Below, piece after piece: positions 54,133 through 63,700 of a DNA stretch of 64,000 bases. Under the pieces are notes generated by a model. That model was given only the letters and a program-made list of their open reading frames with translations, was not told the DNA's origin and made no database searches. Every line of letters starts with the position of its first letter. Positions within the stretch are counted from its first letter, which is position 1. Source of the stretch: a virus. The DNA lies in the IMG/VR virus record IMGVR_UViG_3300018481_000020, positions 1 to 64,000 of that record. One strand, given 5' to 3'. The translations under genes were made by a program, and so were the position numbers.

Positions 54133-54150
54133 GAAAGGTAGGGAAGCTCG

Positions 54151-54555
54151 ATGGCATACGAAGAGAGCCTCAGATCCATCACGCTGAACGCGGATGCGTC
54201 TCTGGGCATCTACACGGGCGTGCCGGGCCAGCCGGGCTCCCCCGATCCTCACGGAGCGAAGCAGTATCACTTCGTGAAGGTGACTGGGGTCCACCAGGTA
54301 GGTCTCGCCGACGCTGCCGCCACTACGGTGGTCGGGGTGCTGCAGAACAAGCCTCAAGGTCCAGGCCAGGCTGCCACGGTCGGCTACCACGGAGTGACCA
54401 AGGTCGTCTCCGACGTGGCGCTCACCGCTGGTGACCCGATCAAGGTCAGTGCCGATGGCCAAGCCGCGAAGACCGGAGCTGGTCCCACTGTCGGGATCGC
54501 GCTCAACACCACTGCTACCGCTGGAGAACTCGCCGTTGTTCTCCTGACGATCTGA
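54151..54555 (+). CDS. capsid decoration/cement protein (DUF2190-like)
   Basis: QYHFVK...GVLQNKP...AGD.I...ADGQA...GIAL. Confidence 0.8.
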   Translation: MAYEESLRSITLNADASLGIYTGVPGQPGSPDPHGAKQYHFVKVTGVHQVGLADAAATTVVGVLQNKPQGPGQAATVGYHGVTKVVSDVALTAGDPIKVSADGQAAKTGAGPTVGIALNTTATAGELAVVLLTI

Positions 54556-54568
54556 GAGGAGTCAAGAC

Positions 54569-55567
54569 ATGCCGAACCCCACTCAGAGCGATCTCCACGT
54601 CAACGTTCCGCTGACCAACGTCAGCGTCGCGTACATGCAGGACAAGGCGACGTTCATCGCGGACAAGGTGTTCCCGAGAGTTCCGGTCAACAAGCAGAGC
54701 GACCTGTACTGGAAGTACTCGAAGTCCGATTGGCGTCGTACCGACGCGCAGAAGCGTGCGCCCGGTACCGAGACTGCTGGTGTTGGCTGGAAGGTCGACA
54801 CGGGGCAGTACTTCGCCGAGGTCTGGGGTGTCCACAAGGACATCGACGACCAGGTGCGGGCCAACGCCGACAGCAACTGGCGGCTGGACTCGGACGCCAC
54901 CACCTTCGTCACGAACCAGCTCCTGCTGCGCCGTGACCTGGACTGGAACGACAAGTTCTTCAAGACCGGCCAGTGGGGTACCGACCTCGCCGGAGTCACC
55001 GGGACTGTAGGTGCTGGTCAGTTCCTGCAGTGGAGCGACCCGAACTCAGACCCGATCGTGCAGTTCTCGGACTTGCAGACCAACTTCGTGGAGCAGTCTG
55101 GTCGCAAGGCCAACACGATGGTCCTCGGAGCGCGAGCGATCACCCAGCTGAAGAACCACCCGGACATCATTGACCGGATCAAGTACACCCAGCGTGGTGT
55201 GGTGACCACCGATCTGCTCGCCAGCCTGTTCGATGTCGAGCGGATCCTGGTCAGCTACGCGACGGTGACCGACGTGGCCGAGATCAACGACGCCAAGGCT
55301 CAGGACGCTGCGGCGACGTACCGGTTCATGTCCAACTCCAAGTCGGCGCTGCTCTGCTACACCCCGAGCTCGCCGTCGCTGATGACGCCGGCCGCTGGCT
55401 ATTGCTTCACCTGGAACGGATACCTGGCTGGCAACAAGTTCGGGATCCGGATCAAGAACTTCCGGATGGAGCCGATCGCTGCGGACCGCATCGAGGGAGA
55501 AATGACCTACGACATGCGCGTCGTGGCGCGGGACATGGGCATCTTCCTGTCCAACGCTGTGGCCTGA
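54569..55567 (+). CDS. major capsid protein
   Basis: HVNVPLTNVSVAY...FIADKVFP.VPV.KQSD.Y...RAPG; context. Confidence 0.92.
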   Translation: MPNPTQSDLHVNVPLTNVSVAYMQDKATFIADKVFPRVPVNKQSDLYWKYSKSDWRRTDAQKRAPGTETAGVGWKVDTGQYFAEVWGVHKDIDDQVRANADSNWRLDSDATTFVTNQLLLRRDLDWNDKFFKTGQWGTDLAGVTGTVGAGQFLQWSDPNSDPIVQFSDLQTNFVEQSGRKANTMVLGARAITQLKNHPDIIDRIKYTQRGVVTTDLLASLFDVERILVSYATVTDVAEINDAKAQDAAATYRFMSNSKSALLCYTPSSPSLMTPAAGYCFTWNGYLAGNKFGIRIKNFRMEPIAADRIEGEMTYDMRVVARDMGIFLSNAVA

Positions 55568-55578
55568 TCACACGATCT

Positions 55579-55617
55579 GAGGTGGGCTGTGGGTTAACCT
55601 CCTGCAGCCCATCTTTC
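55579..55617 (+). terminator. intrinsic terminator after the capsid gene
   Basis: GGTGGGCTGTGGG / CCTGCAGCCCATC + TTT. Confidence 0.7.
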
Positions 55618-55631
55618 AATAGGAGCCAAGG

Positions 55632-55964
55632 ATGGAATCAGCGTTCGGTGTAGACCACGGAGAGATCTCCACGACGACAGTCTCCAAGTTCGCATCCACT
55701 CTCGTTGCTGGTGGCGCTGGTGGTGTTGCTGGATCCAAGCGAGCCAAGAAGAAGTACAAGAGTCAGGCGGCAACTTCGGGAATGCTGCGTACTGCAGGTG
55801 GCGAGCTCGCTGGCCAGACGGTTGGCGGTCTAGCTGGATTGGCTGCTGCTCGGGGTCGGCCAACTGGGATCCTGGCTGGCGGCGCAGCTGGCAGTGTCGG
55901 GGGCGGCGTCCTCGGCAACGCATCAGCACGCGGGAAGGCCAAGCGCGAGGGGTGGACGAAGTAG
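55632..55964 (+). CDS. SAFG-leader protein 4 (glycine zipper)
   Basis: MESAFGVDHGEISTTTVSK; GxxxG repeats. Confidence 0.8.
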   Translation: MESAFGVDHGEISTTTVSKFASTLVAGGAGGVAGSKRAKKKYKSQAATSGMLRTAGGELAGQTVGGLAGLAAARGRPTGILAGGAAGSVGGGVLGNASARGKAKREGWTK

Positions 55965-56489
55965 ATGCCCAGTCAACTGCTCGCCAACGACAAGATCTCC
56001 TTCGTGGTCTGCAAGCCGTTCACCTCGCGCGGCAAGGACTACCAGACAGGTGACGACTTCCCGCAGGAGGAAGCCCGAGACATCGAGGTGTTCGTCCGAG
56101 CCCGGTTCGTGATCCCGGTGGTCGACGACATCGAGGACAAGAAGTTCATCCGGCACTGGCACAAGGAGATCCGCCCCAAGGACGAGGTGCTGGCCCGGCT
56201 GTTCCATGACCGGGTCCAGCTGCGGATGCACCACGAGCCGGACTCCGAAGAGGTGGTCAGCATCGAGAAGCTGGTCCGTCCGAACTCTCCGGACGTGCCA
56301 GACGACGATGGTCAGCCCGAGCTGCCCTTCGATGAGCCCGCCGTGGCGGCCCACAAGGACCAGTACGACCCCAGCTACCACACGGTGGTCGAGGTCAACG
56401 AGTACCTGGCTGTCCATCCAGAGGAGCGAGAGCGCATTCTCGAAGATGAGCGCGGCGGCAAGAACCGCAAGGGAATCTTGGAGGTGTGA
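55965..56489 (+). CDS. hypothetical head-associated protein
   Basis: C-terminal TVVEV.EYL...RIL..E..GKNRKGIL helical module. Confidence 0.7.
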   Translation: MPSQLLANDKISFVVCKPFTSRGKDYQTGDDFPQEEARDIEVFVRARFVIPVVDDIEDKKFIRHWHKEIRPKDEVLARLFHDRVQLRMHHEPDSEEVVSIEKLVRPNSPDVPDDDGQPELPFDEPAVAAHKDQYDPSYHTVVEVNEYLAVHPEERERILEDERGGKNRKGILEV

Positions 56490-56842
56490 TGACGACCAGT
56501 GCATTCGGAGTCGACCACGGCTTCGAGGATGTTGAGAAGGCTTTCGGCATGGGCGGCGGTGGCGCGTTGGGCGGTGGCCTGCGCAAGCTCGGTCAGAACA
56601 TCGGGATGGGCGCGCGCAAGGGTGCGGCCGGAGCCGGCAAGATGGCCCGGCCCAACGTCGGTGCGGGCGGGGCTCGTGGAGTTCTGGGTAGGGGCCAGGT
56701 TCAGGCCGGTCGTGGTCTGAAGCAGGCTAGTAACTTCGCCATGAAGCGGCCCGGACTCACTGGCGGGCTCGCCGCCGGCGGTACAGCTGGTGCCGTCGGT
56801 GGCGGTGGGTACGCCATGGGGAACCGCCGTAGGCAGTACTGA
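56489..56842 (+). CDS. SAFG-leader protein 5 (Gly/Arg-rich)
   Basis: MTTSAFGVDHGFEDVEKAF. Confidence 0.8.
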   Translation: MTTSAFGVDHGFEDVEKAFGMGGGGALGGGLRKLGQNIGMGARKGAAGAGKMARPNVGAGGARGVLGRGQVQAGRGLKQASNFAMKRPGLTGGLAAGGTAGAVGGGGYAMGNRRRQY

Positions 56843-57183
56843 TGTACAGCGCGTTCGGGGTCGACCATGGAGACATCTCCAAGGGCCTCAAGCTGAGCTG
56901 GGCCAAGCGACCCAGGAAGCTGACCCGTGCCCAGATACGCACTCAGGGCCAGGGCACTGGCAAGGGCACCCGGACCGAAGCCGTCACCAGGAAGCTGAAG
57001 AACGCCACCGAGACTCCCGTCTCGATCGCCGGCACGGGTCGCGCTGCTGGTCGAGGTATCACTGGAACTGGCGCGTTCATGCAGAACCACCCTGGGGTCA
57101 CCGGCTCCGCTCTGGTGGGAGGGGGCGGAGCAGCCGCGTATCACCACCTGAAGCAGAAGGAACCGAAGCGGAGGTCATCCTGA
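56842..57183 (+). CDS. SAFG-leader protein 6 (basic)
   Basis: MYSAFGVDHGDISK. Confidence 0.8.
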   Translation: MYSAFGVDHGDISKGLKLSWAKRPRKLTRAQIRTQGQGTGKGTRTEAVTRKLKNATETPVSIAGTGRAAGRGITGTGAFMQNHPGVTGSALVGGGGAAAYHHLKQKEPKRRSS

Positions 57184-57695
57184 TGGCCATGACGTACGTC
57201 TACGACGGACCCGGTGTCACCCGGAAGGACACCATCCGCTACCTGCTTCAGGACACCGACCCGGATGGGGCCGGGGAATGGCTGCTCTCGGACGAGGAGA
57301 TCAGCTGGCACATCACTGAGTGGGGTGACATCTGGCACTCCGACCAGATGATCGCCTCCTTCGCTGCGGAGACCATCGCCGCTCGGTACGCGCGTGAGGC
57401 GTCCTACAGTGCCGATGGAGTGTCCATCAGCCTTGGTCCGGTGGGAGACCAGTACCGGGCGCTGGCGGCGTCCCTGCGGGAACGGCACAAGATGCACAAC
57501 GTCGGCGGCTTCCCGGACATGGGTGGCCTCTCCCCGAACGAGCCGCTGGAGCCGAACACCAAGCCGTTCGCCTTCGGCAAGGGCATCCATGACTTCGTGG
57601 AGGCTGGTCAGCAGGAGTTCGGTGGCATCTACCCGCCCGACCAGGAGGTTGGGAACTGGAAGGTCCCGGACTACGAGAGGGTGGTCGAGCCATGA
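57183..57695 (+). CDS. head-to-tail adaptor
   Basis: TY...DTIRYLLQDTD...LLSDEEI...IAARYAR. Confidence 0.75.
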   Translation: MAMTYVYDGPGVTRKDTIRYLLQDTDPDGAGEWLLSDEEISWHITEWGDIWHSDQMIASFAAETIAARYAREASYSADGVSISLGPVGDQYRALAASLRERHKMHNVGGFPDMGGLSPNEPLEPNTKPFAFGKGIHDFVEAGQQEFGGIYPPDQEVGNWKVPDYERVVEP

Positions 57696-57922
57696 CCTAC
57701 AGCCGAGAGAAGTACAACGCGCTGCGTTCGGCCAGGGTGCCGCACAAGCTGGCCCTGTCACTGTCCCAGGACAGCATCCCCAACATCGGGTCGGATCCGG
57801 TCTACGTCGAGGGTGACCCGATCGAGCATCTCGCTGACAACGCGAACCCCACGGCGAACACGAACAAGATCAACGAGATCGTCGACCGGCTGAACGAGGT
57901 CATCCACGCGAGGAACGAGTAG
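57692..57922 (+). CDS. hypothetical protein
   Basis: ATGA overlap; KINEIVDRL tail. Confidence 0.65.
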   Translation: MTYSREKYNALRSARVPHKLALSLSQDSIPNIGSDPVYVEGDPIEHLADNANPTANTNKINEIVDRLNEVIHARNE

Positions 57923-57924
57923 CC

Positions 57925-58350
57925 GTGAGCACCCAGGTGCACAGTCCGATCACGGGGTACGCCCGGCGTTACGTGCGCAGCCGCGCGACGGCGGTGATGG
58001 AGTACACCTGTCAGATCTATCGGGGAGCCAAGCCCGATGCCTATGACGAGGACACCCTGATCTACACCGTGGGCGGTGTGAAGGAGCTGATCTACGACGG
58101 GATCTGCCGGATCTGGGAGCTCTCCAGCGCCAGCTCGATCGTGGTCGGGGACACCGATGTGTACCAACAGGCGACCAACCTGTCCATCCCTTGGGACGAA
58201 CCAGCGATCATCAGGCGATACGACGAGGTGGTGATCACCTCTGCTCCCCAGGACTCCCAGATGGTCGGAGAGCGCTTCGAGATCCAGACCGTGGCCAAGG
58301 CCGGTGAGCTCCGGGCCACTCGGCGCTTCGAGGTCACCGGGGTGATGTGA
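57925..58350 (+). CDS. head-to-tail stopper (DUF6093-like)
   Basis: M..TCQIYR...IYDG.CRI...LSIP...D.V.IT...ATRR. Confidence 0.7.
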   Translation: MSTQVHSPITGYARRYVRSRATAVMEYTCQIYRGAKPDAYDEDTLIYTVGGVKELIYDGICRIWELSSASSIVVGDTDVYQQATNLSIPWDEPAIIRRYDEVVITSAPQDSQMVGERFEIQTVAKAGELRATRRFEVTGVM

Positions 58351-58808
58351 TGCCGGTCCTCGGAACGGCCAACATCAGCAAGCTGGCGGACGCGCTGCGC
58401 GAGACTGCGAATCAGTCTGAACTGACCACTCAGCAGGTGCTGGTGCAGAGTGCCAACCACATCCTGGCCGAGATGGAAGCCCGAGTCCCAGTGCGGTCCG
58501 GCAACCTGCGCCAGTCCCTGGGTGTGCAGGTCCATTCCAACAAAGTGATCATCGGACCGAACGAGAAGCAGGCTCCCTATGCCGGCTACGTGGAGTTCGG
58601 GACCAGGCCGCACGAGATCCGTCCGAGGAAGCAAGGCGGGGTGCTGGTCTTCAACATCGGGGGTCGCAAGGTGTTCACCAGGAAGGTGAGCCACCCCGGC
58701 ACCAAGCCGCAGCCCTACGTGGCTCCGGCCTTCAAGGCGTGGGTGGACAGTCTGGGGACGATGGCTGCAGAAGCGAATGTGAAGGTGATCAAGAACAATG
58801 CCGCCTAG
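58347..58808 (+). CDS. HK97 gp10-like neck protein
   Basis: PVRSGNLRQS...YAGYVEFGT...HPGTKPQPY. Confidence 0.85.
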   Translation: MMPVLGTANISKLADALRETANQSELTTQQVLVQSANHILAEMEARVPVRSGNLRQSLGVQVHSNKVIIGPNEKQAPYAGYVEFGTRPHEIRPRKQGGVLVFNIGGRKVFTRKVSHPGTKPQPYVAPAFKAWVDSLGTMAAEANVKVIKNNAA

Positions 58809-59268
58809 TTCCATCTCCCGAGGACCGATCACCAACCGGCTGCTGGCCGAGTTGGAGACCGAGGGGTTCCCGGTGGGCGCCAAAGCATCACCAAATGTGG
58901 CCTACGGCTGGTCTGGAGAGCCGAACACACCTGGGGTCACCTTCACCCCTTGGGTCACACTGACGCCCGGGGCATCGACGCTACAGACCCCCTCAGGAGC
59001 ACTGGGGGACACCCAGACGGAGTGGCGACTGAGCTACAACGTCTTCTACGCCGGCCTGTCTCGCAAGCAGACCGAGGCGCTGGCTGACCGGATGCGAATG
59101 AACCTGACGAACATCAACCGGGAGTCCGTCGATACTCCGACCGGCAAGTGGCGGATCCAGAAGACCACCTGCACCGCCATCGGCAACACCACCCGGATCG
59201 GATCCGCCTATCCGGACTATTTCACTCAAGCAGACTCATTCGAGATCTGGATCACGAAGGGAAACTGA
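58798..59268 (+). CDS. tail terminator
   Basis: Position before the tail tube gene; ~155 aa. Confidence 0.6.
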   Translation: MPPSSISRGPITNRLLAELETEGFPVGAKASPNVAYGWSGEPNTPGVTFTPWVTLTPGASTLQTPSGALGDTQTEWRLSYNVFYAGLSRKQTEALADRMRMNLTNINRESVDTPTGKWRIQKTTCTAIGNTTRIGSAYPDYFTQADSFEIWITKGN

Positions 59269-59269
59269 C

Positions 59270-59464
59270 ATGCCACGAAGCAGGGAAGTCAAGATCACCA
59301 AGGACGACCAGGAGGGTTACGTGCTGCCATCGTCGGTCAAGGCGTGGGAGCGCCACGGCTGGACGGCTGAAGATGATGGAAGTAACGAACCAAGCTCCAC
59401 CGGACCTGAACCGGCTGCCGGAAACCAGCAGGCACCGGCCGAGGGCAAGACCAAGGAAGGCTGA
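59270..59464 (+). CDS. small hypothetical protein
   Basis: AAGGG RBS; SSVKAWERHGW. Confidence 0.6.
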   Translation: MPRSREVKITKDDQEGYVLPSSVKAWERHGWTAEDDGSNEPSSTGPEPAAGNQQAPAEGKTKEG

Positions 59465-59467
59465 CCA

Positions 59468-59947
59468 ATGGCCCGGATCATCCCGAACGAGAACACCTGG
59501 ATTGGTTTCACCACGGCTTCGATCACCAACCTGGCTGCGCCGACGGCGGCCCAGATTGCTGCCTGCATCGACCTGACCGGGTTCTGCATCAGCCTCAACG
59601 CTTCGGCACGAGGCAACACGGTGCCCACCCCGTCCTTCGACTCGCTGTTCGAGACCAGCACCGCTGGTACCTCGGCCGCGACCTTCGATGCCGACTTCTA
59701 CCGTGACGACGAGGATGACGAGGCCTGGGAGACGCTGCCACGCGGTACTCGCGGGACGTTCATCATCGCTCGGTACGGCGGCAGTGGTGCTGACAACCTT
59801 CCGATCGCCGGCGACGACGTGGAGGCCTGGGAGGTGATGGTCACCTCGCGGACGATGGCCAACATGACCTCGAACACGGTGCTCACCTTCACCGCCTCCT
59901 GTGCGGTGAACGTCGAACCCGCTGAAGACGCGGTGATTGCTGCCTGA
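59468..59947 (+). CDS. major tail (tube) protein
   Basis: APTAAQI...DLT...FYRD...AWETLPRG..G. Confidence 0.85.
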   Translation: MARIIPNENTWIGFTTASITNLAAPTAAQIAACIDLTGFCISLNASARGNTVPTPSFDSLFETSTAGTSAATFDADFYRDDEDDEAWETLPRGTRGTFIIARYGGSGADNLPIAGDDVEAWEVMVTSRTMANMTSNTVLTFTASCAVNVEPAEDAVIAA

Positions 59948-60004
59948 GGCGTCGCTGCGGGGATAGCATCTGATACATCCCATCCTCCCTCCAGGAAGTG
60001 ACAG

Positions 60005-60436
60005 ATGCCCTCCGCAGCGAAGACCGTAGAAGCACGGCAGAAGCAGTCTGAGACCACCAAGCGGGCCACGCTCGACGAACTGGTCAACAAGCCTCGCAGC
60101 ACTACCGAGTTCTCCCTGTTCCTCTCCGATGGGAACGGCGGGACCAACGAGGTCACCTTGAAGTATCAGGCGATCGGCATGCGTGCCTACGACAAGATGG
60201 TGGCCAAGCACCCGCCCAAGCCCGACCAGCGCGCCGAGGGTGCCTCCTTCGACATGGATAGCTTCGCGCCGGCGCTCATTTCAGCCTGCTCCATCGAGCC
60301 GGAGATCAGTGTTGAGGAGGCCAAGAAGATCTGGAACTCCGAGGACTGGTCGCGCGGGGATGTGATGGTCCTGTTCCGGGAGGCGGTCGAGCTGAACAAC
60401 CGAGGCCTGGACATCCCTTTCAACGGCAGAGACTGA
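60005..60436 (+). CDS. tail assembly chaperone (gpG-like)
   Basis: Between tail tube and tape measure; KHPP...FAPALISAC. Confidence 0.85.
   Translation: MPSAAKTVEARQKQSETTKRATLDELVNKPRSTTEFSLFLSDGNGGTNEVTLKYQAIGMRAYDKMVAKHPPKPDQRAEGASFDMDSFAPALISACSIEPEISVEEAKKIWNSEDWSRGDVMVLFREAVELNNRGLDIPFNGRD
60415..60421 (+). other. -1 programmed frameshift slippery site CCCTTTC
   Basis: X XXY YYZ heptamer; the -1 frame is open into the ORF ending at 60789. Confidence 0.75.
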
Positions 60437-60789
60437 GGAGGGACACCAACTTCTACCTGGAGATGTCCTACTGCCACGAGAAGGGCATCCCACACTCGGA
60501 GTTCTTGGAATGGGATGCCGAGGACCGGTCGAAGACCTTGGCCTTCTCACTGGAGTCCGCTGCTCGCTGCCAGATGTGCGGAACAGCCGACTGGGAGTGG
60601 GAGGACAACAAGTTCGCCTTCACCGCAGTCGAGGAGTTCTGCAGGGGTTGCTACCAGAAGTCTGTGTTCTCTGACCAGCAGGGCTCGTCACTTCCGGGTA
60701 CCAATGTCAAACTGATCCCGACAACCCCACAACTCACAGCCCAGATGGCGAGCAAGGCGCGCAAGCGGGCCAAGATGAGAATGGAATAG
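60421..60789 (+). CDS. tail assembly chaperone frameshift extension (gpGT-like)
   Basis: Continuous -1 frame QRQRLRRDTNFYLEMSYC... Confidence 0.75.
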   Translation, partial: QRQRLRRDTNFYLEMSYCHEKGIPHSEFLEWDAEDRSKTLAFSLESAARCQMCGTADWEWEDNKFAFTAVEEFCRGCYQKSVFSDQQGSSLPGTNVKLIPTTPQLTAQMASKARKRAKMRME

Positions 60790-60796
60790 GACGAGC

Positions 60797-63700
60797 ATGA
60801 CTTCCCAGCCGGTGGAAGCCAACGTCGTACTGACCACTGACAACGCTCAGTATGACCAGGCGATGATGGGTTCGGCCCAGTCCACCGACGCGCTTGGGAA
60901 GTCCATCGACTCACTCGGTCAGAAGATCAACCAGCTCTCGAAGTCTGCCGGCAAGAAGCTGCTGACCTTTACTGCTGCCGACGTGGCCCTGATCGGTGGA
61001 GCCACCGCAGCCTTGTCCAGCTACGAGAAGCAGATGTCCCGGCTGCAGTCCCAGTCGGCCATCTTGTCCCGGACCAGTGACCAGCAGAACCGCACCATGA
61101 AGGACTACACCGGTGCGGTGAAAGGGTTGCGCAGCGAGTTTGGTACGACCACTGCTGAGGCAGCCAAGCTGGTGGGGACCCTGTCCAAGGTCACTGGCCT
61201 ACGCCAGTCCCGGGACCTGGGTGAGCTCTCCAAGGTCTTCGTGGAGATGTCGCATGCCACCGGGGAGAGCAGCGAGGGCCTGGCCAACTCGCTGACCAAC
61301 CTGCAGAAGATCATGGGCACGGAGATCAACTCCAAGAACACCCGCCAGTACGCCGATACCTTCACCTACCTGTCCTCTCAGACCAACATGAGTGCGACTG
61401 GACTGGCTGACTTCACCGCCCAGCTGGCTCCGATGGGTCGCTCCATCGGTATGAACGAGAAGCAGGTAGCCGGGTTCGCTACCGCCTTCACCCGAGCCGG
61501 ATCAGAGGGCATGGGCGCTGCCACGGTCTTCACCAAGGTCACCGGTGACATCTCCAAGTCCCTGGCCAGTGGCTCCCCGGAGATCGCGCACTACGCGAAC
61601 CTGATCGGGGTCACCAACAAGCAGTTCAAGTCGATGGATGGCGGTGAGCAGCTGCTTCGGATCATGGAGTCCATCTCCGCGATGGGTCCCCAGGCTGCTA
61701 CCGAGCTGGAACGACTGGGCCTGGACGGCACCCGGTCGATGCGCGCAATCCAGGCTGTGATCAACGAGAAGGGCGGTATCCGAGAGGCCCTCGGCATGGC
61801 CGATGATCCCCGGGCCAGTGGTTCCTCACAGCGAGGCTCAGAGGCTTCCATGAAGTCGCTGAACGACGAGTACGACCATCTGCGGGAGAACCTGAAGCAG
61901 ACCGCAGAGGCGATGGGCAGCTACTTCATGCCGGCGATGAACGCCTTCGTCAGCGGGATGGTCGTGGCCACTCAGGCTGTCGAGAATCTCGCCGAAGGAC
62001 CGCTGGGCGAGTTCACCGGAATGGTGATGCGGGTCATCGCTCCCCTTGCCGGCGGAGCTGGAGCGATGCTGCTCTTCGCCGGGGCCCTGCTCAAGATCGC
62101 TGGTGCCTTCACGCTGCTGCGGAACTCTGGTTCACGCGGAATCATGGAGGGCCTTCGTGGTGGGTCACGGATCGTCCAAGGGGCTGATGGTCGTTTCGCG
62201 GCTGCGGGTGGGGGCACCCTGGGTGTTCGCGGTGCCCAGATCGCTGAGCAAGGCACCTGGTTCCAGCGGGGCCTGTACAACACTGGTCAGGCCATCGGAG
62301 CTCCTCTCGCCGGCATCGGTAGTGGCTCACGCGAGGGCTGGATACGGGCCCGGCAAGCGGTCGACCCGAACTGGTCTCCTTCGGAGAGACGACGTGGTCC
62401 GCTCTCCTACCTGGCCGGCGGGCTGGGCCGGGGGATCGAGACCTTCGCCACCCCGTTGTGGGACCAGATGCGCTACGACGATCCGACGAAGCGCTCGACC
62501 TGGTTGGGCCGGCAGGCACCGTGGGCCAGCCTGAAGGACACGCAGAACCTGAGTAAGGCGATGGGCCAGACCGGGTTGGCTCAGGCGCAGTATCAGCTTC
62601 AGAAGTCTCAGGTGGGCCGGATCGAAGCGGACCCGATGCTCACCAATGCTCAGCGCAAGCAGCAGCTGGACAACGTCCGCCAGATCCAGGAAGAGACGAA
62701 GCAGCGGATCGACGCCGGCAAGGCGGCCGAGATAGCTGCACGCGACGAGATCGCCGCCAAGCGGACCAACACCGCAGAGACGGACAAGAACTCCAAGGGC
62801 TTCGGTCGTCTTACCCGAGCTGTCGGCGGCTTCACAGCAGGTATGGGTGGCGGTCTCTACGGCGCAGGAAAAGCCGGCGTCCAGGGAATCATGGCCTCCG
62901 GGATGGCCGGCCAGGCAGGCGGGATGGCTGCCACGGTCGCGGGCGGCGCGACAGGCTCACAGGCGCTGATGCTGGGCGGCACCGGCGCGATGATCGGCTC
63001 GATGGTCGCCCCCGGTATAGGGACTGCGGTCGGGGCCGGGATCGGCACTATTGCCGGACTGGCCATGGACGCATCCGGGGCCAACGACAGCCTCACCGAC
63101 TCGCTGAAGAACCTGGACGACCAGGCTGCTGAGGTCGCGAAGAGTGGCTCCGGGCTCAGCGATTTTCGCGAGGCCACCGCGAAGCACCGGGAGGAACTGG
63201 ACAAGTTCGAGGCGAGTGTCGGATCCACCGCAGAAGGAAGGCGCGTTGACGAGTTCTGGAACGCCGCGCCGTCACTAGAGAAGTTCAAGCAGGCTCCCTC
63301 CACGGTGAAGAACTGGCTGGAGGGTGCGGTCGGCTCCTCTGATGTGGAAGAGGGAGAGAGGGAGGCACGCAAGCGAGAGGACAAGGCCCAGAGGTATGAG
63401 GTAACCGCGCGGGAGCTGGCCAAGACTGGCGGCGTCGACATCACAGGCACCCCGCAGCAGCAGCTCAAGCAGCTGGACGAGTTCATGTCCACCGAGGGCG
63501 CACAGATGCTGGATGACGCCAAGGTCGACTTCAAGGATCTAGCCGAAGCTAGCAAGACCACAGGCTTCGTGTTCAACAACCCACTCCTGCCTGGTGCCCA
63601 GAAGGACAAGGGCAAGTCTCAGTACGACCTCTTCATGGAGAAGATCGAGGACCGACCGCTGGGCGAGACCGTGGAGGACCGGGTCGCGACCACACAGGGT

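Noticed and set aside
41231-57183. SAFG leaders as Sec/Tat signal peptides or bacteriocin double-glycine leaders
   Set aside because: No hydrophobic h-region, twin-Arg or GG cleavage motif, no transporter or modification genes, and one copy is C-terminal.
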